The position numbers and the translations under genes are program-made. A stretch of DNA of 64,000 bases from an uncultured virus (IMG/VR IMGVR_UViG_3300020447_000004). Its lineage: Duplodnaviria; Heunggongvirae; Uroviricota; Caudoviricetes. Where the stretch lies: the IMG/VR virus record IMGVR_UViG_3300020447_000004. One strand, given 5' to 3'. Every line of letters begins with the position of its first letter. Within the stretch, counting starts at the first letter, position 1. This document shows positions 17,624 through 26,359 of the stretch, piece by piece. The notes beneath the pieces are model-generated. The model saw nothing but the letters and a program-made list of their open reading frames with translations, made no database searches and was not told where the DNA came from.

Positions 17624-17865
17624 CCGTTACTCGAAAGCTAACCAAAGCTAACTACCGAGCCCGCCTCTTGCGAGGACAGCCCCCGGTCTGACCCCCTCCG
17701 AAGACGGGTGCCGGGTTCCTGCTTCAACGAGGTTTGCCTCTTCGAACAAGTCGAAGTTGGTCTCACGTCCTCTCCACAGGCGTTTAAGGAGTCCGTAGAA
17801 CTGGCGGCCTCCAAGGTGTTAGCCGCAGCGTTTAAATCTGCGTTAACATGATACCTACATGCCAA
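17624..17865 (-). mobile_element. orphan copy of the tnpB 3' end/right end (omega-RNA-like scaffold)
   Basis: Aligns by eye with 7259-7490, including the identical run TCTCCACAGGCGTTTAAGGAGTCCGTAGAACTGGCGGCCTCCA, and ends at the same AACGG. Confidence 0.85.
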
Positions 17866-17879
17866 TTTGAACCCTGCAA

Positions 17880-17911
17880 ACAAAAATCCCCAGGATTTCT
17901 CTCTGGGGATT
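17880..17911 (-). terminator. intrinsic terminator after a 26-aa ORF
   Basis: AATCCCCAG-loop-CTGGGGATT followed by TTTGTTT on the minus strand. Confidence 0.7.
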
Positions 17912-18548
17912 CCTCTATCTACATTGTGCCGTAGAGTTAGAAGAACCCACCAATACCCGCAAAGGCTACTGTATTCAAGTAGCTTCTACTGGAGTTGAGA
18001 TAGGTGTTGGTGTTCATTTCAGTCCTCTTATCCTAAGACAGTATCCCTGTCAAGTACAAAAGGACTATAGAGTGTAAAAAGATCTGAGTATGACTATTAG
18101 CGGGTCTCTCAAAGAGACCGTCGGCTTTGAGTGTCTGAGTGTTTGTATTCGTATCTGTTAGAGTACCAGATGGACTCGTAGAAGGATTCATCTCTATAGG
18201 AGTCGTAGTCTTCGGAGGAGTAATCTCTGTAGTTGTATCCTAAGCAGTTGTGTTTGAAAGATTGGATCAGTGAGTTTCACTACAGTAGAGTGTATGTCTA
18301 ATTGATCTTAGAGTATACTCTACCTTAGAGTAGTTTACTTCCGGGTTCGTATCGAGCCTAACTGGACCTCAGAGACTTGTCCAGCAGGAGTTAGCTCAAT
18401 CTCACTGACAGTGTTCCCATTATTTTGCAGCTCGCGGAACCTTAGACGAGACATGCTTGAACTCTCAAGCGCCACGGTCACTAAGCTGGGTCTCTCCAGC
18501 TATGTTGTGACCCCTCAGAGATATGTACGGAATTTTCTGCCTTTCGTG

Positions 18549-19214
18549 TTAGAAAGAAAACGTTCCTTCGAAATCACCACCCACCTCTTCAAAGAGGTGG
18601 GATTCTGGCTGTGGGTCTACAGGGTCAGTGTGACATTCGTGGACGATGTATTTTAAGAGACGTGACCTTCCTCCCTTAACCAAAGTAACCCCGAAGTGAC
18701 GTGGCACCTTTTTCGAGTAGGCTTCCGGATATATGTCCGGGTACCATCCTTCCAGGAAGAGGAAGATTCGTAGTGCGTCTCCCAGATAAGAGACAAAGGG
18801 AATCGTGGGGAGACACTCCCGCTCTAAGTACCATCGCACCTGAGCGGATACTTGGGTGGGAATCTGTCCGATGACTCCCATCACATCCCAGTACATACTC
18901 GGGGGTAGGGAAGTACCCAACATCAGAGCTTCGGTGGGTATGATGGGTTGGGGTGCAGATCGTTTTTCGTGCGCCACCAAGTATAAGACTCCTTCGGCAC
19001 CCTCTTCGATAGTGACCCGTAAACGGCCGTCTGGTACCTTGGACATCTCTCTACGGGTATCGGAGTATCCTGGGAGGCTTACGTCCAACAGAAACCCCAC
19101 AGAGAGCTTTCTACCCCTGCTCAGTACATGTGTTAGATGCACTCCTGCTTTGTAGGTCATGTAGTGATAGGAGGGTCGATTCTTACGCGCCCATCCCTCA
19201 ATGTGTTGATGCAC
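18549..19214 (-). CDS. hypothetical protein
   Basis: GGAGG RBS, GTG start, 221 aa. Confidence 0.65.
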   Translation of the reverse strand: MHQHIEGWARKNRPSYHYMTYKAGVHLTHVLSRGRKLSVGFLLDVSLPGYSDTRREMSKVPDGRLRVTIEEGAEGVLYLVAHEKRSAPQPIIPTEALMLGTSLPPSMYWDVMGVIGQIPTQVSAQVRWYLERECLPTIPFVSYLGDALRIFLFLEGWYPDIYPEAYSKKVPRHFGVTLVKGGRSRLLKYIVHECHTDPVDPQPESHLFEEVGGDFEGTFSF

Positions 19215-19283
19215 CTGACCTCCAAAAGTAGAAAGAGCTACCTAACGCAGGTAGCTCTTTCTGGGAAGTCTGTCAAGTGACTT

Positions 19284-20177
19284 TCACATCACCAACTCGT
19301 TTTCAACCTCGCTCAGGTCAAACACCATCTGTGCTACACGGGATTGGAGCGCAGCTGACAGGAGTCGGGCACCTTCTGAGCGGCCCCCGATTCCCAGAGC
19401 CTTGAGCGCGCGTTCCATTTCACGGCGGAAGTTCTTTCGGTAAGAGTAACCGAAGTCCTTGTATTGAATAGAACGGCCCATGAGCTGCTCCACTTCACGG
19501 TGAAGCTCTTTCATGTTTCGTGCACGCCCATCTCCAGCATAGGAGGTATTACCCGTGTCTACGACCGCCTTGAAGATATGCGGAGCAGGTCCCCACCCCT
19601 GCTTCTTAAGCTGGCGCATGATAGCAGGGTAGAGGTCCTTAGCCATTGCAGCTGTTTCGGGGTTGTGGAGCTGTCCCGCGTCGGTACGCTCCAAGTCGAC
19701 TCCGGGAGCATCCTCCGAACCGTCCGAGAAGCTCTCAAAATGGTCCCCTCGATACTTAAGCTTCCGGTGTAGGTCACGTACAAGGTTTTCAGCCAACTTG
19801 AAGAGAATACCCTCCAGATTGCGAATACCCTTGGTGTCCTGCTGCTTCTTAACGTAAGCCACCCACTGCTTGGTCATGTTCTTGGATGACCTGTCCAGGA
19901 AGTTGATGGCTACCTCCTGGAATAGGTCATCGAACTCAGGTGATGTTGGGTTTCGGACACGACGCTTGACCGCAGAATAGATGATCTTGTAGAAGTCGAG
20001 AGGGCGGTCTACCTGAATCCCCGCACGAACAAACTCCTGATTTAGGACCTTGTTCAGCTCCCGCTTGAAAAAGCTGGTTGACGCCGTATGGATGATACTG
20101 GCGACCACCAAAGCGGTGCGAGTTGAGGTAGGGAGGGTACGTGCTAAGCGCACTCGAAGGGCTGCAATGCGGTTCAT
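19284..20177 (-). CDS. divergent ECF-type (group 4-like) RNA polymerase sigma factor
   Basis: Sigma-2-like segments YKIIYSAVKRRV..FDDLFQEVAINFL and LEGILFKLAENLVRDLHRK; linker NPETAAMAKDLYPAIMRQL; region 4 poorly conserved. ATG 20177 has a GGAG RBS. Confidence 0.62.
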   Translation of the reverse strand: MNRIAALRVRLARTLPTSTRTALVVASIIHTASTSFFKRELNKVLNQEFVRAGIQVDRPLDFYKIIYSAVKRRVRNPTSPEFDDLFQEVAINFLDRSSKNMTKQWVAYVKKQQDTKGIRNLEGILFKLAENLVRDLHRKLKYRGDHFESFSDGSEDAPGVDLERTDAGQLHNPETAAMAKDLYPAIMRQLKKQGWGPAPHIFKAVVDTGNTSYAGDGRARNMKELHREVEQLMGRSIQYKDFGYSYRKNFRREMERALKALGIGGRSEGARLLSAALQSRVAQMVFDLSEVENELVM

Positions 20178-20269
20178 TTTAGGTCTCCACAGAGATTTCA
20201 TACCTGTGCGGAGTACAAAAGGACCATAGAGCCCCTTGACCATGGCTCTATGGTCCTTTGTTCTATCAA

Positions 20270-21526
20270 CTATGCCCGAGCGGATACCTTTGCCATCTCC
20301 AGCACAGGCTCCCCTTCACCGTTCACACACGCCTCCGTGATGGTGACACGCGCGACATCGCCCCGTCGCGAAGGAAGATCAAACTTGAGATCCTGGAGGA
20401 GGGGGTCTACGATAGTGCGTAGACCCCGTGCACCGCGACCCTGCTTGATTGCCTTTTGTGCAATGGCTCGAATCGCATTGGGTTCAAAGACCAGCTGAGT
20501 ATCACATGCAATCTCAAACTCACGCACTTTCTGAGCCAGGAGCGCATTCTTGGGCTCGGTCAGCACTCGCACCAGCTGGTCTTCGTCCAGCTCTCGGAGA
20601 GTGACTACCGCCGGAATACGGCCCAGAAACTCCGGAATCAGGCCGAACTTCTTGAGGTCTTCGGTCTCGACCATAGAGAAGAGGCTGGAGTCATCCTTGA
20701 TCTTTGATTCAATCTTGGACGCGCTACCGAACCCGACAGAAGCCTTCTTGTTCACTCGCTTCTCGATGATCTTGGGGAGAGCCGGGAAGGCCCCGCCCAC
20801 GATGAAAAGGATGTTGGAAGTGTCGATCTCCACATCGGTGGCTACCTCGCCCGAAGGAGAGTACATACGACGTTTGCCCGGCAGAGGCACTCGCACCTTG
20901 GCACCCTCCAGAAGCTTGAGCAGGGCCTGCTGCACACCGCGCCCTCCAACATCGACGCGCACATTTTCGGTAGCGACCGCAGAGGCCAGCTTATCGATCT
21001 CGTCAATAAATACGATGGATCGCTCGATCTTTGCAGGGTCCCCGCCGCATTCTGCGACCAGGGGGGTTAGAATGTCCTCCACATCATCCCCGACATAGCC
21101 AGCCTGGGTAAGCCGGTTTGCATCGGCAATCGTAAAGGGCACATTCAGCATACGGGCGATCGTCCGGGCCAGAAGCGTCTTACCGCAGCCAGTAGGGCCC
21201 AGCATCAGGACGTTGCTCTTTTCAAGCTCGATTTCACCCGGGGCAGGCGGGTTGTTGATACGGATGAAGTGGTCATAGACCGCAACCGCGAGCGCCTTCT
21301 TGGCATTGTCCTGACCAATGACGTACTCGTCCAGGAAATCCTTGATTTCCTGAGGCACCTTGAGAGGCACCTCAGGCACGTTTTCCTTAGACTGGACCTT
21401 GGAGATGGAAGAGAGTCCCAGGGTCATACAGGACCCACAGATCCGAAACAGGCCGTCCGGAGTTTGGATCTGTGGACCGGTCTGGGACCGGGGCTTCTGG
21501 CAGAAGGAACACTTAGACTCGGTCAT
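20270..21526 (-). CDS. clpX: ATP-dependent Clp protease ATPase subunit ClpX
   Basis: C4 zinc finger CSFC, YVIGQ, KSNVLMLGPTGCGKT, AGYVGDDVE, FIDEIDK, GVQQALLK, VGF loop, GARGLR. Confidence 0.96.
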   Translation of the reverse strand: MTESKCSFCQKPRSQTGPQIQTPDGLFRICGSCMTLGLSSISKVQSKENVPEVPLKVPQEIKDFLDEYVIGQDNAKKALAVAVYDHFIRINNPPAPGEIELEKSNVLMLGPTGCGKTLLARTIARMLNVPFTIADANRLTQAGYVGDDVEDILTPLVAECGGDPAKIERSIVFIDEIDKLASAVATENVRVDVGGRGVQQALLKLLEGAKVRVPLPGKRRMYSPSGEVATDVEIDTSNILFIVGGAFPALPKIIEKRVNKKASVGFGSASKIESKIKDDSSLFSMVETEDLKKFGLIPEFLGRIPAVVTLRELDEDQLVRVLTEPKNALLAQKVREFEIACDTQLVFEPNAIRAIAQKAIKQGRGARGLRTIVDPLLQDLKFDLPSRRGDVARVTITEACVNGEGEPVLEMAKVSARA

Positions 21527-21605
21527 ATGATCACCTCGGGTTTGGGGTAGTGGGGATTTCAGTCACGGGAATAACCTCGTGTAGTAAGGGCGGCAAGGAG
21601 TTTTT

Positions 21606-21968
21606 ATGAAAGTCCGGCTAATGGTAGACCTCACAAAGTATCACCCCACCTTAACAGAAGGTGCTACGGGTAAGATGATTGGTCCCTATGGTAAGAGATC
21701 CATAGAAAACCCAAAAGCTTGGGCGGGGGTGGAGTTTGAGCACATCACTCTGGACATTCTTCGAAATCAGTTAGAAGCGGTGATAGAGAAGGTGGGGCCA
21801 CATCGGGGGCCTGTGCTTCCTGTGCAATCCGAGACCGCTCCATGTATAGGTGATACAGTGGCGTTTGGGTCTCACCGTTTTCAGGTAGCTGGGATAGAAT
21901 CGCGTACAGGTCACGATACGTGGCTTCTCCGGCTTGTACCTGTCGGTACCGTGCCAGAGCCTTCATAG
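21606..21968 (+). CDS. hypothetical protein
   Basis: AAGGAG RBS; 3' part overlaps a convergent ORF. Confidence 0.5.
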   Translation: MKVRLMVDLTKYHPTLTEGATGKMIGPYGKRSIENPKAWAGVEFEHITLDILRNQLEAVIEKVGPHRGPVLPVQSETAPCIGDTVAFGSHRFQVAGIESRTGHDTWLLRLVPVGTVPEPS

Positions 21969-22548
21969 CGTCCTTACGGGACTCGTAGCAGGGTGTAACT
22001 CTCTGTCCGGTGCCCCAGTTGCTCTCGTACACTTCATAGCAACGAGTACCTACGTCTCTGTAGACGAGTGATAGATGCGGAGGGAAATCTGTGTGGTTTT
22101 TCTCATACCACACTGTAGCATCCCTTACGTCTGTGAACTCCGGTGAGAAGACTGCTCGACCCTCCGAATCATATGTCCGATAGTACATCCATCGCTTTTC
22201 GTACTCGGAGACGGAGATGGAATAGGTGTAGGGAAGGTCCAAAGTGGCGATTAGGACAGGGCTCAGCCACGAAGTAACCGCACTTACGATTATGCTACTC
22301 ACAAAAAACCCTACCAGTAGAATGCCCAGACCCGCCAGTGGGTATAGAAATGATGAAGCCATAAGCTCGCTATCTTCTGCCAAACGTTTTGTCCAGGGGT
22401 CAACCACCTCAGTGAGCCAGTGTTTTGTACGTGCGACACGGGACTGGTTCGTTTCGTCTTTGATTTGTAGCCGAGTGCGCGCATCTTGCAAATTTTTATT
22501 GATATCAGGGGCATGTAGAAGATCGAACATAAGGAGACTCCCGTGCAC
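21745..22548 (-). CDS. hypothetical membrane protein
   Basis: Hydrophobic segment FLYPLAGLGILLVGFFVSSIIVSAV. Confidence 0.55.
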   Translation of the reverse strand: MHGSLLMFDLLHAPDINKNLQDARTRLQIKDETNQSRVARTKHWLTEVVDPWTKRLAEDSELMASSFLYPLAGLGILLVGFFVSSIIVSAVTSWLSPVLIATLDLPYTYSISVSEYEKRWMYYRTYDSEGRAVFSPEFTDVRDATVWYEKNHTDFPPHLSLVYRDVGTRCYEVYESNWGTGQRVTPCYESRKDAMKALARYRQVQAGEATYRDLYAILSQLPENGETQTPLYHLYMERSRIAQEAQAPDVAPPSLSPLLTDFEECPE

Positions 22549-22780
22549 AAGTTGGCAAAAGACATGTTGTATGAGTGGAAGATCTTAGTCTACATGGGCA
22601 AGATGACGGTCAAGGAGTACGATGCTCGTCGCGCAGCGATTGACGAGTTTTTTGCCCGTATGGACATGAGAGCCCCCCGTCCTCCCGGATGGGAACCTCT
22701 ACGAAAGAGGATGCAGAAAAAGTTCCCTGACATGATCGTCCCTGAGCATATCAGGGAACGGTGCTACCGAGGTAACAACA

Positions 22781-23254
22781 CTAAGCAGAAGGACTGAGTA
22801 GGTACCACAGCATCTCGAAAGCCTTGTCACAGACCTTTTCGCGGGCACGGGTTCGGTCTGTTTCGCGAGAGATGGCAAGATGGCAGATTTCTACCTTGCC
22901 TGTCGTGAGGTCTGCTACGGCTACCCAAGCACGGGGATAGCCCAAGACAGGATCCGGGGTAGCATAGCCCGTAGTCGCGATACCAATCGAGGCTCCAAAC
23001 TTCTCCGCCACAGAGACTGCCATCTTACGTGCAATACTGGGATGTACACCATCTTCGCTAAAGGTTGTCTCTCGGTTAGTCCCCAGCAAGTCCACCTTAC
23101 TCCTTAGAGAGTAGGTAATCATGCCTCCCTTATACACCTGAGAGGCACCAGAGATCGCCGCCATGCGAGCCCCGACCATGCCACTGGTCAGGCTTTCGGC
23201 CGTGGCAACTGTATGGCCTCGGTCAAGGAGTAGGGTCAGTAGCTCGGGTGTCAT
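22781..23254 (-). CDS. pncC: CinA C-terminal/PncC-like NMN deamidase
   Basis: TVATAESLTSG..ISGAS..GG..TYS..K..LLG..IATTGYA. Confidence 0.85.
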   Translation of the reverse strand: MTPELLTLLLDRGHTVATAESLTSGMVGARMAAISGASQVYKGGMITYSLRSKVDLLGTNRETTFSEDGVHPSIARKMAVSVAEKFGASIGIATTGYATPDPVLGYPRAWVAVADLTTGKVEICHLAISRETDRTRAREKVCDKAFEMLWYLLSPSA

Positions 23255-23438
23255 ATGTCCTCCGGTATGGGAGTGAGGTAAGGGACGGCCGCCTTTTGCC
23301 GCGTGCCTTCTCCTCCATATCTCCTCTGATGGAGGTCGTCAAGCTCTGCATCCTCGAAAATATTCCCGCATTCCTTGCAAAAGCCTTCACCTCTATACGT
23401 AACTCCGCAACACTCCGTCGTTGGTAGAAATGGCGTGT

Positions 23439-23963
23439 CTACAAAATCCATGGCTCTTCCCCAAAGAGAGTACGGTATTGCTCACATTGAGCCCTCGCAT
23501 ACGCGCGTGCGCGCGGGCCCGACCCATTGTAACGTCGAAGTGTTCCGCATACTGACTCGGATCGGTGATGGAGGCGCGTCAGAATATAGGCTCCTGACAG
23601 TAAGTTTGTCCACGGGTCGGATAGGTCACTCAGTCCTTGCTGCTCCAAAACCTGTGACCATACCGCGGGATATACCTGCACCAGACCCAACTCTCCGGAC
23701 GACCCGACTGCCGTAGGATCACACCCACTTTCACGCACGACCGTGAGAGCTAAGATGCGAGGGTTGAGGTTGTAGATACTCGCCGCGTCGACAATCATGT
23801 CATCGAAGTGGTCCGTGGGTACCTTTGTACATAGGTGTGTAAAGGATTCTGTATTTTCACAGACCTGATACTCAGGGGGAACCCTTGGCGATTGGTACAC
23901 AGGCTCAGTCAAAAATGACAGAGTAGCGGCGACCAGAGACCACTCAAGCAGGGTCAGTAGCAT
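23439..23963 (-). CDS. SLT-domain lytic transglycosylase with N-terminal signal/anchor
   Basis: ATG 23963; RESGCDPTAVGSSGELGLVQV..DPWTNLLSGAYIL..RYNG. Confidence 0.85.
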   Translation of the reverse strand: MLLTLLEWSLVAATLSFLTEPVYQSPRVPPEYQVCENTESFTHLCTKVPTDHFDDMIVDAASIYNLNPRILALTVVRESGCDPTAVGSSGELGLVQVYPAVWSQVLEQQGLSDLSDPWTNLLSGAYILTRLHHRSESVCGTLRRYNGSGPRARAYARAQCEQYRTLFGEEPWIL

Positions 23964-24543
23964 TGTCTTGTCCCTTCGTCTGAGCGTCAAAGATCCTTGT
24001 GAAGACCTCATAGAGCTTTGGTCCATCCAAAATGGGTAGGAAGACCATTCGGATGTGTTGAATCGACGTGGCCTCGACTCCCGCACAGATACCACGAAAT
24101 GCCGCAAGAGCTGCTCTCTCCAGGGGGAATCTGTAGATGCCACATGAAATAGCGGGGAAGGCAATGCTGCGGGCCGAATAGGCATTTGCCACCACCATCG
24201 CAGACGTATAGCTCCCTTGCAGCTGCCACTCCTGGTAGGTGAGCTTATTCGGGTCAAAGATAGGCCCTACTGCGTGTACAATCATCCGGTTAGGGAGACC
24301 ATAGGCACCCGTGACCCGAGCCTCCCCTGTAGGACATCGCATAGCGATGGAGTCTAATACGGGGTGTGACATGCACCCCTCGTACAGAGCTTGGTGACCT
24401 GCCGCTTTGAAGATGGCGCCACATACCCCTGCCCCGGGCAGGAGCCTTTCATTGGCGGCATTGACGATCGCGTCCACCTCAGGGCACTTGGTGATGTCCC
24501 CAAACTCCAGAAGAATCTCTACATCACGATACTCAAACTTCAC
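23944..24543 (-). CDS. macrodomain protein (YmdB/ADP-ribose deacylase-like)
   Basis: GDIT, DAIVNAAN, GAGVCGAI, HAVGP, SIAFPAISCGIYRFP. Confidence 0.92.
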   Translation of the reverse strand: MKFEYRDVEILLEFGDITKCPEVDAIVNAANERLLPGAGVCGAIFKAAGHQALYEGCMSHPVLDSIAMRCPTGEARVTGAYGLPNRMIVHAVGPIFDPNKLTYQEWQLQGSYTSAMVVANAYSARSIAFPAISCGIYRFPLERAALAAFRGICAGVEATSIQHIRMVFLPILDGPKLYEVFTRIFDAQTKGQDNATDPA

Positions 24544-24860
24544 AGAATACCTCCCAGTTCCTTTAGAATTGAGATCGGGTTCACTTCTTCCACCTCTACC
24601 TGTAGATAGAGCGCACGTTTACCTGCCATGTCGAAAAGTTGTGCCAGTGTCCGCTTGAGGTCCGGATCACACACACTGAACGCTTGAGTGATAATCAGGC
24701 TGCCCATCTCTGGGGAAAGGTAACACCCAATCACGTCTGATGCAAGATCTACAGGTTGGATATAGGTGTAGTAGCCCCCTTCATGTAGGACTCCAGGCAA
24801 CGGGATATCCTTGTATTTAGGACTCAGCCTCTTTTCATGGAACTTCATGGCTTGGACCAC
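24540..24860 (-). CDS. hypothetical protein
   Basis: Overlap-coupled ORF. Confidence 0.55.
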   Translation of the reverse strand: MVQAMKFHEKRLSPKYKDIPLPGVLHEGGYYTYIQPVDLASDVIGCYLSPEMGSLIITQAFSVCDPDLKRTLAQLFDMAGKRALYLQVEVEEVNPISILKELGGIL

Positions 24861-25330
24861 ACTTCTCGGATGACTTGATCCACACTGGAGTTGATCTCAG
24901 ATCTATGGTGGATAATGCGGGTGAGAAGGCCCCCAAGCTTGTACTGAGCTTCGGTCAGCTCATCGAGCCTCTTTTTGAGGGCCTGCTCTTCAGAGGTAGG
25001 GTTGGCAAGGTCCTTACCCTCCGCTTCCTTCTGGATAGTCTCCCATCGCAGCTTAGCTCCGCGACGCAGATCAGTTACTGTGGGGGAGTACTTCCCCGCG
25101 AAGTAGGAGTCCAGCTTCTTGGCGCCTTTCATGCCATCCATCAGAAGGTCAAGGGCAGAGACATCGACCAATTGGTTTTGGATGAAGTTTCGGCGCGCGT
25201 CTTCCATGTCGGATAGCTCGGCTTTCAAAGAAGCAATCTGTTTCTCCACATGTCCCAGCTCTTCGAGCTGGGTTCGGATTTCAGGGGAGACATCATCACC
25301 AAACATGTCCAGCCTGAGATTATAGGGCAT
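24845..25330 (-). CDS. hypothetical coiled-coil protein
   Basis: AAGGAG RBS; last gene of the minus-strand block. Confidence 0.7.
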   Translation of the reverse strand: MPYNLRLDMFGDDVSPEIRTQLEELGHVEKQIASLKAELSDMEDARRNFIQNQLVDVSALDLLMDGMKGAKKLDSYFAGKYSPTVTDLRRGAKLRWETIQKEAEGKDLANPTSEEQALKKRLDELTEAQYKLGGLLTRIIHHRSEINSSVDQVIREVWSKP

Positions 25331-25501
25331 CTTTTCTCCTTTTTGCGGGAGTCCTATTTTTTGGTACTATCGGTCTCTATCTATCCTGGAGCACTGTCCG
25401 TGGCAAGCGAAACCATCCAAAAACTCCTGAGGTCTCAGGAAGACCTTACTACGACCCCGTCTACCACATATCGGAATACCTCCCCCGAGATGGAAGCCGA
25501 G

Positions 25502-26359
25502 ATGTATAAGCCCTACCCTGTACTGGACCACGGCTTTGTCAGACTGGTCGACTATATGGGTACAGAAGCCTCGATCGTTCAGGCAGCGCGTGTTTCGTAT
25601 GGGAAGGGGACCAAGAAAGTGTCTCAGGATCGCGGTCTCATTCGATATCTGATGCGACATCGTCACTCGTCTCCTGTCGAAATGTGTGAGGCGAAGTGGC
25701 ACGTCAAAATGCCGATTTTTGTAGCTCGTCAGTGGATTCGACACCGGACAGCATCTATCAATGAGTACTCCGCTCGGTACTCCATCCTGGACCGAGAGTT
25801 TTACATCCCAGAGCCGGACCGTCTGGGGGTGCAGTCCACTACCAACAATCAAGGTACGGGTCACACGCTTACCGCTGAGCAAAATGCTCAAGTTCTATCT
25901 CTCCTCAAGCGGGATGCTCTGCAAGCTTTTGACACTTACGGTGAAATGATAGATGAGCACAACTTGGCGAGAGAGCTTGCACGCATTAACCTCCCTGTAA
26001 GTGCCTATACACAGTGGTACTGGAAGATTGACCTCCACAACCTGCTCCACTTCATGGCACTTCGGTCGGACCATCACTCACAGCACGAAATTCGTGTCTA
26101 CTCTGATGTGATTCTCTCTCAGGTAGAGAAGTGGGTCCCTAATGTCATTGAAGCCTGGGATGACTATCATCCTCTACGGAATGCTCACACCTTCTCGGGT
26201 CCTGAAATGTTCGCTCTAATGGAGTACCTGTCTCAGCAAGGCCATGACTCGGGAGAGATGCGGGCCCTTATGCTTCCTATCCTGAAAGAGGGCGGCTGTA
26301 GTGGTCGAGAGATCCGTGCATTCTTCGAGACCTTAGGTATTCAGAGAGACGCATCTTGA
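25502..26359 (+). CDS. thyX: flavin-dependent thymidylate synthase
   Basis: VLDHGFVRLVDYMG, AARVSY, RHRTASINEYSARY, ELARINLP, DLHNLLHF; start 25490 or 25502. Confidence 0.96.
   Translation: MYKPYPVLDHGFVRLVDYMGTEASIVQAARVSYGKGTKKVSQDRGLIRYLMRHRHSSPVEMCEAKWHVKMPIFVARQWIRHRTASINEYSARYSILDREFYIPEPDRLGVQSTTNNQGTGHTLTAEQNAQVLSLLKRDALQAFDTYGEMIDEHNLARELARINLPVSAYTQWYWKIDLHNLLHFMALRSDHHSQHEIRVYSDVILSQVEKWVPNVIEAWDDYHPLRNAHTFSGPEMFALMEYLSQQGHDSGEMRALMLPILKEGGCSGREIRAFFETLGIQRDAS

Noticed and set aside
18065..18345. Replication origin in the AT-richer stretch with scattered TAGAGT words
   Set aside because: No regular iterons or DnaA boxes could be supported by eye.
25250..25489. N-terminal extension of ThyX
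   Set aside because: It overlaps a divergent gene and the intergenic region; family similarity begins only near 25502.
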